From Octopus vulgaris (lineage: Eukaryota): DNA of 64,000 nt. Both the position numbers and the translations under genes were made by a program. The notes below the pieces were generated by a model that was not told the origin of the DNA, did not search any database, and saw only the letters and a program-made list of their open reading frames with translations. The first letter of the stretch is position 1. The number at the start of each line of letters is the position of its first letter. This document shows positions 1 through 11,779 of this stretch, in pieces. Location: positions 88,226,001 to 88,290,000 of the forward strand of contig OX597821.1 in the NCBI GenBank assembly GCA_951406725.2. The letters run 5' to 3'.

Positions 1-930
1 GTCTGCTTGCCTGCCTGTCTGTCTGTTTGTCTACCCCTCTCTCTCTCTCTATATATATATATATATGTATAGAAACACTCACACACACTCACATATATAA
101 CCATACTCAACTCACGTATACATACATATATATATATATATACATATATACATGTATAGGCGTGCAAGTATGTGTATTACAGGTAAGACAGTGTTTGCTT
201 TATTACACATAATACTATAATGTAGTACAGTAAAACTTATGTGTGTGCTTGCGTCTACATGTGCGTGTATATGTATCTATATACACACATACACACACAC
301 ACATATATATATATATACAGACACATACACAGATATACCACATCTAAGTGTATGTGTCATTTAATGTATTACTATGCTTTTGCGTATATGAGAACGCATG
401 TAGATATATATGAGAGTGTGTGTAGGTGAAATGCCAAGGTTATAACTCTCCATATAGGTCTCACCCTCTCCAACCCACTGTTGAAAACCTTCACACAAAT
501 TCGATATTCATTGCAAATTCTTACGTAAGCACAAAACATTGTCACAATTTATGGCCAAAACACGCAGTTTCTTGCTCTGCTATCATTTCTTTGTATGTTT
601 TTATATAACAATTTTAACTTAGAATTTCTATGTCTTACGCTGTTTTCTCTATGACTCGCCGACTGTTGGCGGAGATATGCTTTTGTCTAGCGTAACTATG
701 CATCTGAATATGTCTCTTTTATCTTTTAACATAAACCCGTGGAATTAATTCCCAGCAGGCTCGGCAAATGGTATTTCGTGTCTTGAAGGAATATTTCAGC
801 ATAGTGATTTTGGAGTAGAGAGAGAGAGAGAGAGAGAGGAAAAGAAGCAGACAGAAATAAAGCGTGAAGGGAAAGGGAACAGAACAGATGTGGTACACAC
901 ACACACACGCACACATATGAATATATATAA

Positions 931-986
<56 letters not shown>

Positions 987-989
987 GTA

Positions 990-1027
<38 letters not shown>

Positions 1028-1061
1028 CCTCTCTCTCTCTCTCTCTCCCTCTCTCTATATA

Positions 1062-1199
<138 letters not shown>

Positions 1200-1239
1200 C
1201 ATACCGTAAAATGGCTAGAGAGAGAGAGTGTGTGATGAT

Positions 1240-2425
1240 GTGAACAGGAAAGAGGAAATGTAAAGACAAAGGTATGTAAAGAAAAATACAGATGTTCGCT
1301 GAATCGAAGGAAGTTTTGAATAAACTTAAAAATGAAGGAAAGAATTATACAATCACTGAAAAGAAAGGAAGAGGAAAGAAAAGAAAGAAACAAGAAACAA
1401 GAAAGTAGAAATATTGTCGTGAATACAATAACGAAACAATGAAAGAGAAGATGAACGATAGCAGAAATGAGAGTATAGAAAGATGGACGAAATATGTATA
1501 AACTAAAGAGAAAGAGTTGAAGAAACGACAAAGATAAAATAGAAGTGATATTGGGACAAACAGCGTAGGGAAAAGTAAAAGAAGAGAGATCAAAAGATGA
1601 GCAAGAACGAAAATGTGGGAAGAATAAAGAATAACGAAAGAATGATAAAAAGAAGTTAAGTTCAAAAATCAAGTGAAATATAGAAAGAATTGAAAAGACG
1701 TCAATTCAAGAAAGGAAATATACGAAGGAAAAATAGGAAGGCTGACCTGAAGAAAATATGGATAGAAGGAAATTAAACATTTCATTTGAAAGAAAGGAAA
1801 TGCGAGAAGATAAAGAATGAATAATGTAAGACGTCAAGGACAATAATGAAGGAGAAGTTTATTTGAAAGGAAATAAAGGGCGAACGGTTAAAAAAATGGC
1901 GTACGGAAAGAAGGAAGACAAGACCAGGGATTGAGAAAGGAGCAAAGAAAATGGAAGAAACTAAGAAATAAACCCTAGAAAAATTATGGTGATGGTGGCG
2001 GGGGGGGGGGGGATGAATAAACGGAAGAATAAATGAGCGAGGGACAGACGTTTACAACTGGAAGGAATTTAATGAAGAATGAAAAAGTAAGGAGGGGGAA
2101 AATAAGGAAATGGATTTAAAAGGAACTCGAAAATGAAATTCTAACCGAAAATTTGAGTGATTGCGTATGTGTGCATGCGCGTGCATATAAAGTTAATGGA
2201 AGGAGAGATTGAAAGAAAATACAAAAGAAATTACGGAAGACTGATTGAATGGAATAGGGCAAATGAATAAGAGAAAAAAAAATGCAAATGAATGAAACAT
2301 GAGCAAAAGAGATAAAGGTGTAGAAAGTGATAGGAATATTGCAGGAAGAAAGAGAAAATTCAAGAGAAAAGTAAAGAGAGACTGTAAAAAGGAATACACA
2401 GTAAGGAGCGTAGGAAAAAAAAAGA

Positions 2426-2494
<69 letters not shown>

Positions 2495-2521
2495 GATAAT
2501 AATATTATAATAATAATAATA

Positions 2522-2581
<60 letters not shown>

Positions 2582-2990
2582 GAAGAAAAGAGAGAATGAA
2601 AGTAAAAGGGAATGATTAAAATGAAGAGAACGAATGAGAACAATAAAAAGGAAAGAAGCGAATGAAAGAACACAATAAAGAAGGATGCTAGATGGTGAAT
2701 ATGAAAGACAATAGTGAAGAGAAAATTACGATAGACAGAAATACTAACGAGACGGTCTATGAATGGAATAAATAATTTAGAATAACTGAAGAAAAAAATG
2801 ACAGAAATGAACGAAATGTAATGAGAAAAAAAATAAAAATGAGACAGGGCGAAGAGAAAGAGAGAACGAGAAATTTTAGAGTATAAATATGCAAAGGAAA
2901 TTTTAAAATTCAAGTGAAAGAATAAAGAACAGAAAGGAATGAGTTGAGGATAAGAAACTAATGATAGATTGAAAAGGAAATAATTTTAAA
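1240..2990. repeat. Purine-rich (A/G) low-complexity tract with an embedded (AAT)n microsatellite at ~2427-2580
   Basis: About 1.7 kb with a strongly A/G-biased plus strand. The minus-strand ORFs here are F/L/S-rich artefacts. Confidence 0.8.
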
Positions 2991-3180
2991 AAAATTGTTA
3001 TTTCTAACGTGTACGGAGAGATAGATCTGGAGCGATTATATGACTATTTATTCTAAACACGTTTAGGCAGTTCTGACGCAAAATATACTGGTCGCTGTGG
3101 TGTACGTCTTAAGAGAATAACTTCTACCCTTTCGATTACAGTGTGTACTCGAATGATGTGCCCATTAGCACACGGCATTT

Positions 3181-3262
3181 AAGGTCGCCAGTGTTTCAAC
3201 ATTTTGTGTCTCATCAGCCAGAAGCTGCCAGTATTTCGACATGTTGTGCCTCATCAGGACTT
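3181..3262 (-). ncRNA. Two tandem degenerate hammerhead-ribozyme-like motifs (40-bp period)
   Basis: Minus strand reads CTGATGA-GGCA-caaca-TGTC-GAAA-TACTGGC and then CTGATGA-GACA-caaaa-TGTT-GAAA-CACTGGC. The cores and stem II are present, but the cleavage triplet is non-canonical (GGC). Confidence 0.35.
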
Positions 3263-3329
3263 TGAACCTAAAAGCAAGCCGTTGGTTTTGTTCAAACTAT
3301 CAGGAAATAAATTGTTTGATAAGTTCGGG

Positions 3330-3715
3330 TAAGATGGCAAGTCGTTTACATCGACCCCAGTATTCAACTGGTACTTATTTTATCGACTCCAAAAGGATGA
3401 ACGGCTAAGTGGACCTCGGCGGAATTCCAACTCAGAATATAAAGATGGACGAAATACCTATTTCTTTATTACCCACAAGGGGCTAAACACAGAGGGGGCA
3501 AACAAAGAGAGACATAGGTATTAAGTCTATTACATCGACCCCAGTGCGTAACTGGTACTTAATTTATCGACCCCGAAAGGATGAAAGGCAAAGTCGACCT
3601 CGGCGGAATTTGAACTCACAACGTAACGCAGACGAAATACCGCTAAGCATTTCCCCCGGCGTGCTAACGTTTCTATCAAGCATTTTGCGTGGCGTTTCTG
3701 CCAGCTCGCCGCCTT
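3330..3715 (-). mobile_element. tRNA-derived SINE family B (central GCCTTTCATCCTTTCGGGGTCGATAA domain), with internal tandem duplication
   Basis: Reverse complement of GGCGGCGAGCTGGCAGAAACG...GAGTTCAAATTCCGCCGAGGTCGAC. It matches the copies at 32138, 34258 and 37888. Confidence 0.85.
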
Positions 3716-3750
3716 AGAAACACGAAGTATAATGAAAAAAGAATATATAC

Positions 3751-3989
3751 TCTTTACTCTCTTTTACTCTTTTACTTGTTTCAGCCATTTGACTGTAGCC
3801 ATGCTGGAGCACCGTCTTTAGTCGAGCAAATCGACTCCAGGACTTATTCTTTGTAAGCCTAGTACTTATTCTATCGATCTCTTTTGCCGAACCGCTTCGT
3901 TACGGGAACGTAAATACACCAGCATCGGTTGTCAAGCGATGTTGGGAGGACAAACACAGACACACAAACATATACACACACATACATAC

Positions 3990-4050
<61 letters not shown>

Positions 4051-4180
4051 ACGGGCTTTTTTTAGTTTCCTTCTACCAAATCCACTCACAAGGCTTTGGT
4101 CGGATCGTTGCTATACTAGAAGACACTTGTCCAAGGTGCCACGAACTGGGACTGAACCGGGAACCATGTGGTTCGTAAGC
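3751..4180 (-). mobile_element. tRNA-derived CORE-like SINE family A with internal (TA)n/(TG)n tract
   Basis: Near-identical to the full copy at 10980-11391, with the GGCACCTTGGGCAAGTGTCTT CORE-like motif and an (AGTAAAAG)n tail. Confidence 0.9.
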
Positions 4181-4371
4181 ACATATAAAAGGTGTTCGGA
4201 AGACAGAAAGAATGATTGAATAAGAAAGAAATAAAGAAATAATTCATGACAATAAGAAGTAAGATTAAATAATTGAGATAGGAAGAATAAAACAAATGGA
4301 AGACATAAAAGAAAAACAGAGAATAGAATTTGTCTTTTATCTCTAACTACAAAAAAGTGTGAAAGCCGTGG

Positions 4372-4443
4372 TCAGGGTGAGGGTACAACGTGACAGACAC
4401 ACAGACACACACACAGACAAACTGCCGTTTATATATAGAAAGA
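4372..4443 (-). mobile_element. Probable Helitron-like 5' terminal fragment
   Basis: Minus strand reads A|TCTTTCTATATATAAACGGCAGTTTGTCTGTGTG, a typical non-autonomous Helitron 5' end followed by a GTCT/GT microsatellite. No 3' end was seen. Confidence 0.35.
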
Positions 4444-4444
4444 T

Positions 4445-5116
4445 TATTTCAGTCATTGGACTGCGGCCATGCTGAAGCATCGCATTGACAGGAATTGTAA
4501 ATATGATCGACCCTAGTACTTGTGTTTTAAACTCTAGTACTTATTCCATCGATCTTTATAATCTCGAAGCCGCTAAGTTATGGGACGTAAACACAGCAAC
4601 ACAGGTTACCAAGCGGTGGAAGAATATGCACACGCACAAAGATACACACACACAGATACACAAACCCATGTTCGCGCACACATACACACATACACGTTCG
4701 CATAGACGTACACAAACACACAGGGGGAGTTTACGAAAAAAAAACAAAAGACGAAGAGAGGTGGTGTACAAAACAAACACAGATATATTAGTATAACGCT
4801 CAGGAATAGAAAAATTCTTTTACGCTTCGAGCCTACGCTCTTCTACAGAAAGGGACACAGAAAAAACAAGGAGAGAAACAAGGAGAGAAAAAAAGAGAGA
4901 AAAAAGGAGAGACATACACATACACACATATATGTATATGCATATATGTATGTAAATACGATGGGTTTCCAGACAGAGTACGTTTACGAAAATCCCTAAC
5001 AAGGAATTGGTCAGGTGGGCAAGAGTAGGAATCACTTGCCCAAAGTATCAGGTAGCTGGATTATATCCGAAAACGTACGGTTGGGAAGCGAACTTCTTAA
5101 CCACACTGTTATGCCT
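4445..5116 (-). mobile_element. Old SINE family A copy interrupted in its internal microsatellite by a hammerhead-bearing element
   Basis: The 3' half lies at 4445-4660 and the 5' half at ~4955-5116. Both are diverged from the 10980 copy. Confidence 0.7.
4720..4912 (-). mobile_element. Penelope-like non-autonomous element (pLTR-type) with a minimal hammerhead motif at 4817-4852
   Basis: Minus strand reads CTTT-CTGTAGA-A-GAGC-gtag-GCTC-GAAG-CG-TA-AAAG, so stems I and II pair and the core has two deviations. It shares layout and ACGCTCAGGAA with 62352-62567. Confidence 0.55.
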
Positions 5117-5493
5117 CTACCGAGTAAAGATTAAATAACAGTATAGAGTGGGAACAGTAAAGATGAGAGTATAAATTGAGGAAGGATTACAAATACGACG
5201 GAGTGAAATATTAACGTTTAAAGCACAAACAAAGGCGGAAAGTGTGTGAAGAAGGACGAAGGGGAAAATGTTGAAAAAAGGAAGCAAAAAGTAACTAACG
5301 AGAAGTAACGAATGAAAGATTGAATTATAGAATTTCAAATAGAATAAGACTAGAAATTTAATAACAGAATGAAATTATGGGGAAATATTTAAATTCAACA
5401 AAAAGTGAGAGCAAATATTAATTTCTAAAATAACAAATCATGAACGTTAGAATGAAAAGGGAATAAATATTTAATGACTAAATAGAATATAAC

Positions 5494-5494
5494 G

Positions 5495-5526
<32 letters not shown>

Positions 5527-5600
5527 AGAAGAAGAAGAAGAAGAAGAAGAAGAAGAAGAAGAAGAAGAAGAAGAAGAAGAAGAAGAAGAAGAAGAAGAAG
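5494..5600. repeat. (GAA)n microsatellite
   Basis: Long, nearly perfect GAA run. Confidence 0.95.
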
Positions 5601-6483
5601 ATTTATATGAGTAGGAAATGAAGTTTAGAAAAATAAATTTAAAAAATCTAAACTGAAGAATGACTGGTTATGAAGTTAAAATACATTTTGAGAATGAGAA
5701 TAAAAAAAGTACCAAATGTAGAGGAAATAAAGGAGACAAAGAAGGAATGAATGAAAAAATTAAGGAATGAAAGCTAATGAAAAACGAAAAAAAGACAAAT
5801 ATGAGAAAAAGGGAAAACAAACTTAAAATAAATCAAGAAAACATGGAAGAGAATTGGTGATGGATCTCCGTCGTTCAAGTTTGAGAAATTTAGCTTCTCC
5901 ATTAAATGAATTACTTGTTCCCAGAGTAACGTTAAGTGGCTGTGCATTGTACAAAGTCGAGAACGGGTAATGTAATCCTCTTTTAGAACCAGCTTAACTC
6001 ATTGTCTGACAAGGCTATCTACATTGAATTACAAATACAAGCTATCTGGTGGGCTTATATATACGTACCCAGTTTCTCTCATAAGCTATGCGGTGACAGG
6101 AAGTTATACAAAAAAAAAAAAAATAGTCCCTGCCTAACATACCACGAAGTCGGATCGACCTCAAGACCTCATGACTAAGAAGCGAACTTAGCCATTCAGC
6201 GATATTGCACTAACGAATCTTATATCTTTTACTTATTTCAATTATTGAACTGTGGTTATTGTGAGGCACCACATTGAGAGATTTCGGAGGTAAAAACAAA
6301 AACAAAGCAATACAAGTCAACTCCGTTAGTTATTTTTCAAAGTCTGGTACTGATTTTCTATCGATAACTTTTCAAGAACTGCGAAGTTACGATGAAGCAA
6401 ACAGACCAATGCCGGTTGTCAAGGGGTGGTCAGGACAACCAATTACACAAACATGTATGTATATATACACATATGTACATATA

Positions 6484-6740
6484 CGCAGGAGTGGCTGTGT
6501 GGTAAGTAGCTTGCTAACCAACCACATGGTTCCGGGTTCAGTCCCACTGCATGGCACCTTGGGCAAGTGTCTTCTGCTATAGCCCTGGGCCGACCGTCAC
6601 ATAGCGGTTCGGCAAAAGAGACCGATAGAATAAGTACTGGGCTTACAAAAGAATAAGTCCCGGGGTCGTGTTGCTCGACTAAAGGCGGTGCTCCAGCATG
6701 GCCGCAGTCAAATGACTGAAACAAGTAAAAGAGTAAAGAG
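6484..6740 (+). mobile_element. SINE family A, internally deleted copy
   Basis: The head CGCAGGAGTGGCTGTGTGGTAAGTAGC...GGCCGACC is joined directly to the 3' segment GTCACATAGCGGTTCGGCAAAAGAG. The central microsatellite block is missing. Confidence 0.85.
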
Positions 6741-6773
6741 CATACAAAAACGCCCAGGCACACACACACACGC

Positions 6774-6818
<45 letters not shown>

Positions 6819-7004
6819 AGATAAGAAAATGGAGAAATACATCTAAATCAAATATCAATTACCAGATAATACTCAATCACATACTTTATTAAACCACCAC
6901 ATAAGAGACTGTAGGGTTAAATATAAAAAGCAGAACAAATCACTGTACATAAAGGAATGTACATAAAAAAGTGTACATAAAAGAGTAATGTTGTATAATA
7001 AGTA

Positions 7005-7127
<123 letters not shown>

Positions 7128-7455
7128 GAGGCATATACGATGAGCTTTCCCACAGTTTCAACCAAATTCTCCCGAAAGATATTCGTGAATATGGACTATG
7201 GAAGACAGTTGCTCAAGGTGCCACCCAAAAGCACGTCATTTCAAAGTGAAGTCTTAGCCAGAAAGTCATTTCTGCGTCAACTGAAAGATATTAAACAACG
7301 GCGGAGAAACTCCAAATATATCTAAACTAATGTAGAAAACAAGGAGACAAAAAAAATTCGAAACGATGACATAAAAATGCACGAGATGGAGACAATGACA
7401 AAATAATTACATTATTTACATTTGACGGATATTTGTCCGCATCTTGTCTGTTGTT

Positions 7456-7500
7456 AACACAACGCTTCGGCTGATATACTCTCCAACCTTCATCAGGTGT
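7456..7500 (-). ncRNA. Minimal type-I hammerhead ribozyme motif (left arm)
   Basis: ACAC-CTGATGA-A-GGTTG-gagagtatat-CAGCC-GAAG-CG-TT-GTGT, with one core change (GAAA>GAAG). Confidence 0.65.
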
Positions 7501-7568
7501 CTTGGGGAAATTTCGAACCTGGGTTCTCATTCCTAAGGTATTTTTCGATTTATTATTATTATTATCGA

Positions 7569-7639
<71 letters not shown>

Positions 7640-7643
7640 CCGC

Positions 7644-7713
7644 GGGCATATGGTGTAGTGGTTAAGAGTGTGGGCTACTAACCCCAAGATTCCGAGTTCG
7701 ATTCCAGGCAGTG

Positions 7714-7716
<3 letters not shown>
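7644..7716 (+). pseudogene. tRNA-derived Pol III head (tRNA-like, not a functional tRNA)
   Basis: Acceptor-like stem GGGCAT/GTGCCC, A-box TGGTGTAGTGG (7651-7661), anticodon-like loop CTACTAA and B-box GTTCGATTC (7696-7704). Confidence 0.7.
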
Positions 7717-7759
<43 letters not shown>

Positions 7760-7789
7760 CATCGAAAAATACCTCGAAATTTCCCCAAG

Positions 7790-7833
7790 ACACCTGATGT
7801 AGGCTGGAGGGTATATCAGCCGAAATGCTGTGT
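7790..7833 (+). ncRNA. Minimal type-I hammerhead ribozyme motif (right arm)
   Basis: ACAC-CTGATGT-A-GGCTG-gagggtatat-CAGCC-GAAA-TG-CT-GTGT. Its mutations differ from those in the left arm, so the combined consensus is canonical. Confidence 0.6.
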
Positions 7834-7939
7834 TAACAACAAACAAGATGAGGACAAATATCCGTCAAAAGTAAATAATATACATAATTTCTCGTCTCTT
7901 AAATATAGAACTGGACAAAATAATTGTTTCAAATTTTAC

Positions 7940-8440
7940 ATCCACCCAACTGACTGGTATTATATTTTATCGACCACAAGAAGATGCTATTTTCTAAAGC
8001 AGGCAAACGGCCAAAAATTTCAGTGAGTAAATTAGTCAATTAAAACGCTCCCAGGTAAATGCAAAATCGACAGAGTTTGTATTTGATCGCAGAACGTAAA
8101 CGACCAGAACCAACACTACAAAACGTTTGGTTTGTCATTCTACCGAGTCAGCTGATTCATCCAATGCACTAATGAATAAATAAATATATAAATAAACAAC
8201 TAAACAGAGAAAAATAAATAAATAGATAAATAAATTGCTGGAAGCAAAAGAACTAAAATTTTGAGGGACGAGGCTAATCGATTACATCGACACTCACTGC
8301 TCGACTAGTAGATATTTCGTTAACCCCGAAAGGATGAAATGCAAAGTAGACTTCGGTGAAATTTGAACGTAAAGAATATATAGCCGAAAGAATGCAAAGC
8401 CGAAAGAAATGCAACTAAACATTTCGTGCGGCGTGGTAAG
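7940..8440 (-). mobile_element. Two degenerate SINE family B copies
   Basis: Both retain CTGGTA..TATTTTATCGACC and CCCCGAAAGGATGAAA motifs. Confidence 0.6.
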
Positions 8441-8467
8441 GATAAAAATGACATCTATTATAAAGTA

Positions 8468-8879
8468 GGGATCTTTTCGGTTTGAACGGCAGTTTTTAAC
8501 ATAATTTCTAGGTAACTAAAAAATTTTAAACTTCGTATACTGGTAGAATGTGTATATAAAACACCTTTTTCTCTTGGCTTTATTGAGAAAATTCTATAGT
8601 TTGTAAGATATTTGTTGTTTTTTTCTTCAATTTCTACAATTTCAACCAATCAGTGACGTCTATTGAGTTAAAAAGCATTCTGTGCCGTATGAATATGTCC
8701 CTCGTTTAAGAAACAGATTGAGTTTATTTACATTTGTGAAGAAAAAAAGATATCCCCACCCCTAACCCTAACCCTAAAAGAGATTGAAATGCAATAGATC
8801 GATTCTAGGGTCATAATTATGGGTGACAATTTCATATGACACCGCTAGAAAAAACTGCCGTTCAAACCGAAAATATCCC
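8468..8879. mobile_element. MITE (non-autonomous DNA transposon) with ~30-bp TIRs, 6-bp TSD and internal (CCCTAA)3
   Basis: TIRs GGGATCTTTTCGGTTTGAACGGCAGTTTTT and AAAAACTGCCGTTCAAACCGAAAATATCCC. TSD AAAGTA at 8462-8467 and 8880-8885. Confidence 0.85.
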
Positions 8880-9219
8880 AAAGTAGAGACAGATGAAAAG
8901 CGAAGTCGACCACAGAAGGATTTTGAACTTCGAACATAAATAAAAGCGACAAGGATTTGCCAATTTTACAATCTAAAATTCTTGAAACAACGAAAGATAC
9001 TGACAAGAGAAAAAAGCTAACTCCACTTGGCTGTGTCGTGTCATATGTTGTTTTATAATTTTCAACTAAAGACGCTCCAACAGCGAACATTTAACGAGTG
9101 ACAGCCTTCATCTCTGTCTTTCTAATTTACGTAAAAATGAAAATGTTATGGGACAAAATACTAGCACAACTAACACGACTATTAACAACAGCAGGAATTA
9201 TCGTAATCATAATACTAAC

Positions 9220-9473
9220 TTCAGGAATATAACAATGGCAAACAGAGTTTTCTCTGTAAACGTCAAACAGGAAAATAAATAAATAAAAAGGCATTGTTAA
9301 AAATGCATGAAAATTTGATTTTAAAAGAAAAAAAAAACCTCCTTTCTGTTTCCTCTTGTTACCCATTGAAGACTCCTGCAAAAACGCTAAATTTCATAAA
9401 TGGAACAAAAAGAAAAAAAGAAAAAAAAAGAAAGATAAAAGAAAAAACTCACCATCTCTCATGTGAATGAGCC
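9220..9473 (-). CDS. Candidate cluster of three microexons (9453-9473, 9363-9375, 9220-9253) of an unidentified gene
   Basis: tttttttag|21 nt|gtgagt, tttttgcag|13 nt|gtaaca and gtttacag|34 nt|gttagt, with introns of 77 and 109 bp. The spliced open frame reads GLIHMRDGVFNGENSVCHCYIPE. Confidence 0.35.
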
Positions 9474-9565
9474 CTAAAAAAATCTAAGAAGTCAGCAAAT
9501 AGATAAATCTAACAAAGTCACTTTCATTTCTCTCCCTCCATCTCTATCGCTGTAAACACACTAAC

Positions 9566-9863
<298 letters not shown>

Positions 9864-10612
9864 CATTTTATAAAATTTTATCTCTGCGGGATTTTTTTGT
9901 TTGTTTCGCATTTATTTTTCAAAATGTAGACTGCTGAGGCTTAGTGATATAAAAGCATGTAAATCCTGTGGGGCTGCATGCATTATTTATTATTTTATTT
10001 CGTTTCCATTATTTCATATTATTTGTTTATATTATTTCATATTTCATTTACCCTCCTCCCTCAACACCTCACTTCACTAATACTTCCTTCCTGCTGTTAT
10101 ATTTAAAAAAAATTATTTACTGTATGTTTGTTCTATTAGTTTTACTATAATATCCGTATTTGTTTGTTTTTTTTCTTTTCATGGAATGTTTATTCGTAAG
10201 ATAGTCAAAAGACCTTTGTACATAATACACACATACATACACACACATACATAATACATACATACATACACACACACATACATAATACATACTTACATAC
10301 ATACATACATACATACATGCATACACATATGACACATGCATGCGCCTGTCTCTCTACCTATCTATATGTCTGTCTGTCTCTCTATCTATCTGTCTATCTA
10401 TCTCTCCCTCTATCTCTCTCTCTCTCTCTCTGAATACATGTGTCTGTCTGTATACATACATAATGCATATATATATATATATATATATATCATTGAAACA
10501 GGTTTTAAGGAAAAACGACCACACGTGGTGTAATTTTTACTTTTCACCTATATATATATATATATATACATATATATAAATATATATATATCTATTATAT
10601 GTATCAGAGTGT

Positions 10613-10651
<39 letters not shown>

Positions 10652-10979
10652 GGGGGGAGAGAAAACGAGAGAAATATCTAAAGGGAAGAAGTGGGATTTT
10701 TCTATTCCCAGTTCATTTATTATAATAAAGGCTTCACTAAATAGAACAAAGGTAAGAATATAAAAGACGACATCAAAACAATACTCGCACACATATAGAT
10801 ACGCACAGGTATTATACACGTCCACACGTCCTACATTCTCCCACGCATAAAGAATTTACATATACAGAAACATTCTCCCAATCACTCTCACATATGTATT
10901 CACACTATCTCGCTCTCCCTCTCATTACCTTATACTCAGACATGATTTCTCCATGTATCTTACACATATCTTGCACATA

Positions 10980-11391
10980 GGCGCAGGAGTGGCTGTGTGG
11001 TAAGTAGCTTGTCTACCAACCACATGGTTCCGGGTTCAGTTCCACTGCGTGGCACCTTGGGCAAGTGTCTTCTACTATAGCTTCGGGCCGACCAAAGCCT
11101 TGTGAGTGGATTTGGTAGACGGAAACTGAAAGAAGCCCGTCGTATATATGTATATATATATATGTATATGCGTGTGTGTGTTTGTGTTTGTCCCCTAGCA
11201 TTGCTTGACAACCGATGCTGGTGTGTTTATGTCCCCGTTACTTAGCGGTTCGGCAAAAGAGACCGATAGAATAAGTACTAGGCTTACAAAAGAATAAGTC
11301 CCGGGGTCGAATTGCTCGATTAAAGGCGGTGCTCCAGCATGGCCGCAGTCAAATGACTGAAACAAGTAAAAGAGTAAAAGAGTAAAAGAGT
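10980..11391 (+). mobile_element. Full-length tRNA-derived CORE-like SINE family A
   Basis: A-box TGGCTGTGTGG, B-box GGTTCAGTTC, CORE-like GGCACCTTGGGCAAGTGTCTT, internal (TA)n(TG)n and an (AGTAAAAG)n tail. Confidence 0.9.
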
Positions 11392-11745
11392 ATATCCCCT
11401 CTCACAGTGTCGCAAATACAAATACGTACATATTTTCTTTCACACGTACGCTTCTTTTAATTTTCCAATACTAACACAAATTGAAACACCTTAATATACA
11501 TCTTTCTATAATGACGTACACAGGATCTGTTTTTCTACAAATCACACTCCGATTACACATAGTGTCTCTCTTGTACACTCACAAAGCTACGATCTAATTT
11601 CATTCATATAAAGACAGATAGATGAATGACAGGAGAGAGAAAAGGAGCGAGAGAGAGAGAGAGAGTAACACGCAGACACGTACAAACGTTGCTCTCTTAT
11701 GTTCATAGTCAAATTCCTTTTTACGATAATTTAAATCTCAGCACA

Positions 11746-11779
<34 letters not shown>

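Larger units (their letters stand above)
7409..7913 (+). mobile_element. Fold-back non-autonomous retroelement: inverted hammerhead-bearing arms flanking a tRNA-derived Pol III head (Penelope-mobilised SINE-like element)
   Basis: Inverted arms at ~7409-7548 and ~7761-7882; (ATT)n/(AAT)n spacers; tRNA-like core at 7644-7716; 31-nt unpaired tail at 7883-7913; 12-bp direct repeat GACAAAATAATT at 7397-7408 and 7914-7925. Confidence 0.8.

Noticed and set aside
7644-7716. Functional tRNA-Ser(ACT) gene
   Set aside because: The D, anticodon and T stems pair poorly, there is no long variable arm and no T-run terminator, and it is embedded in a TSD-flanked repeat. It is treated as a SINE-type head.
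8760-8777. Telomere or chromosome-fusion scar
   Set aside because: Only three CCCTAA units, and they lie inside a TIR element.
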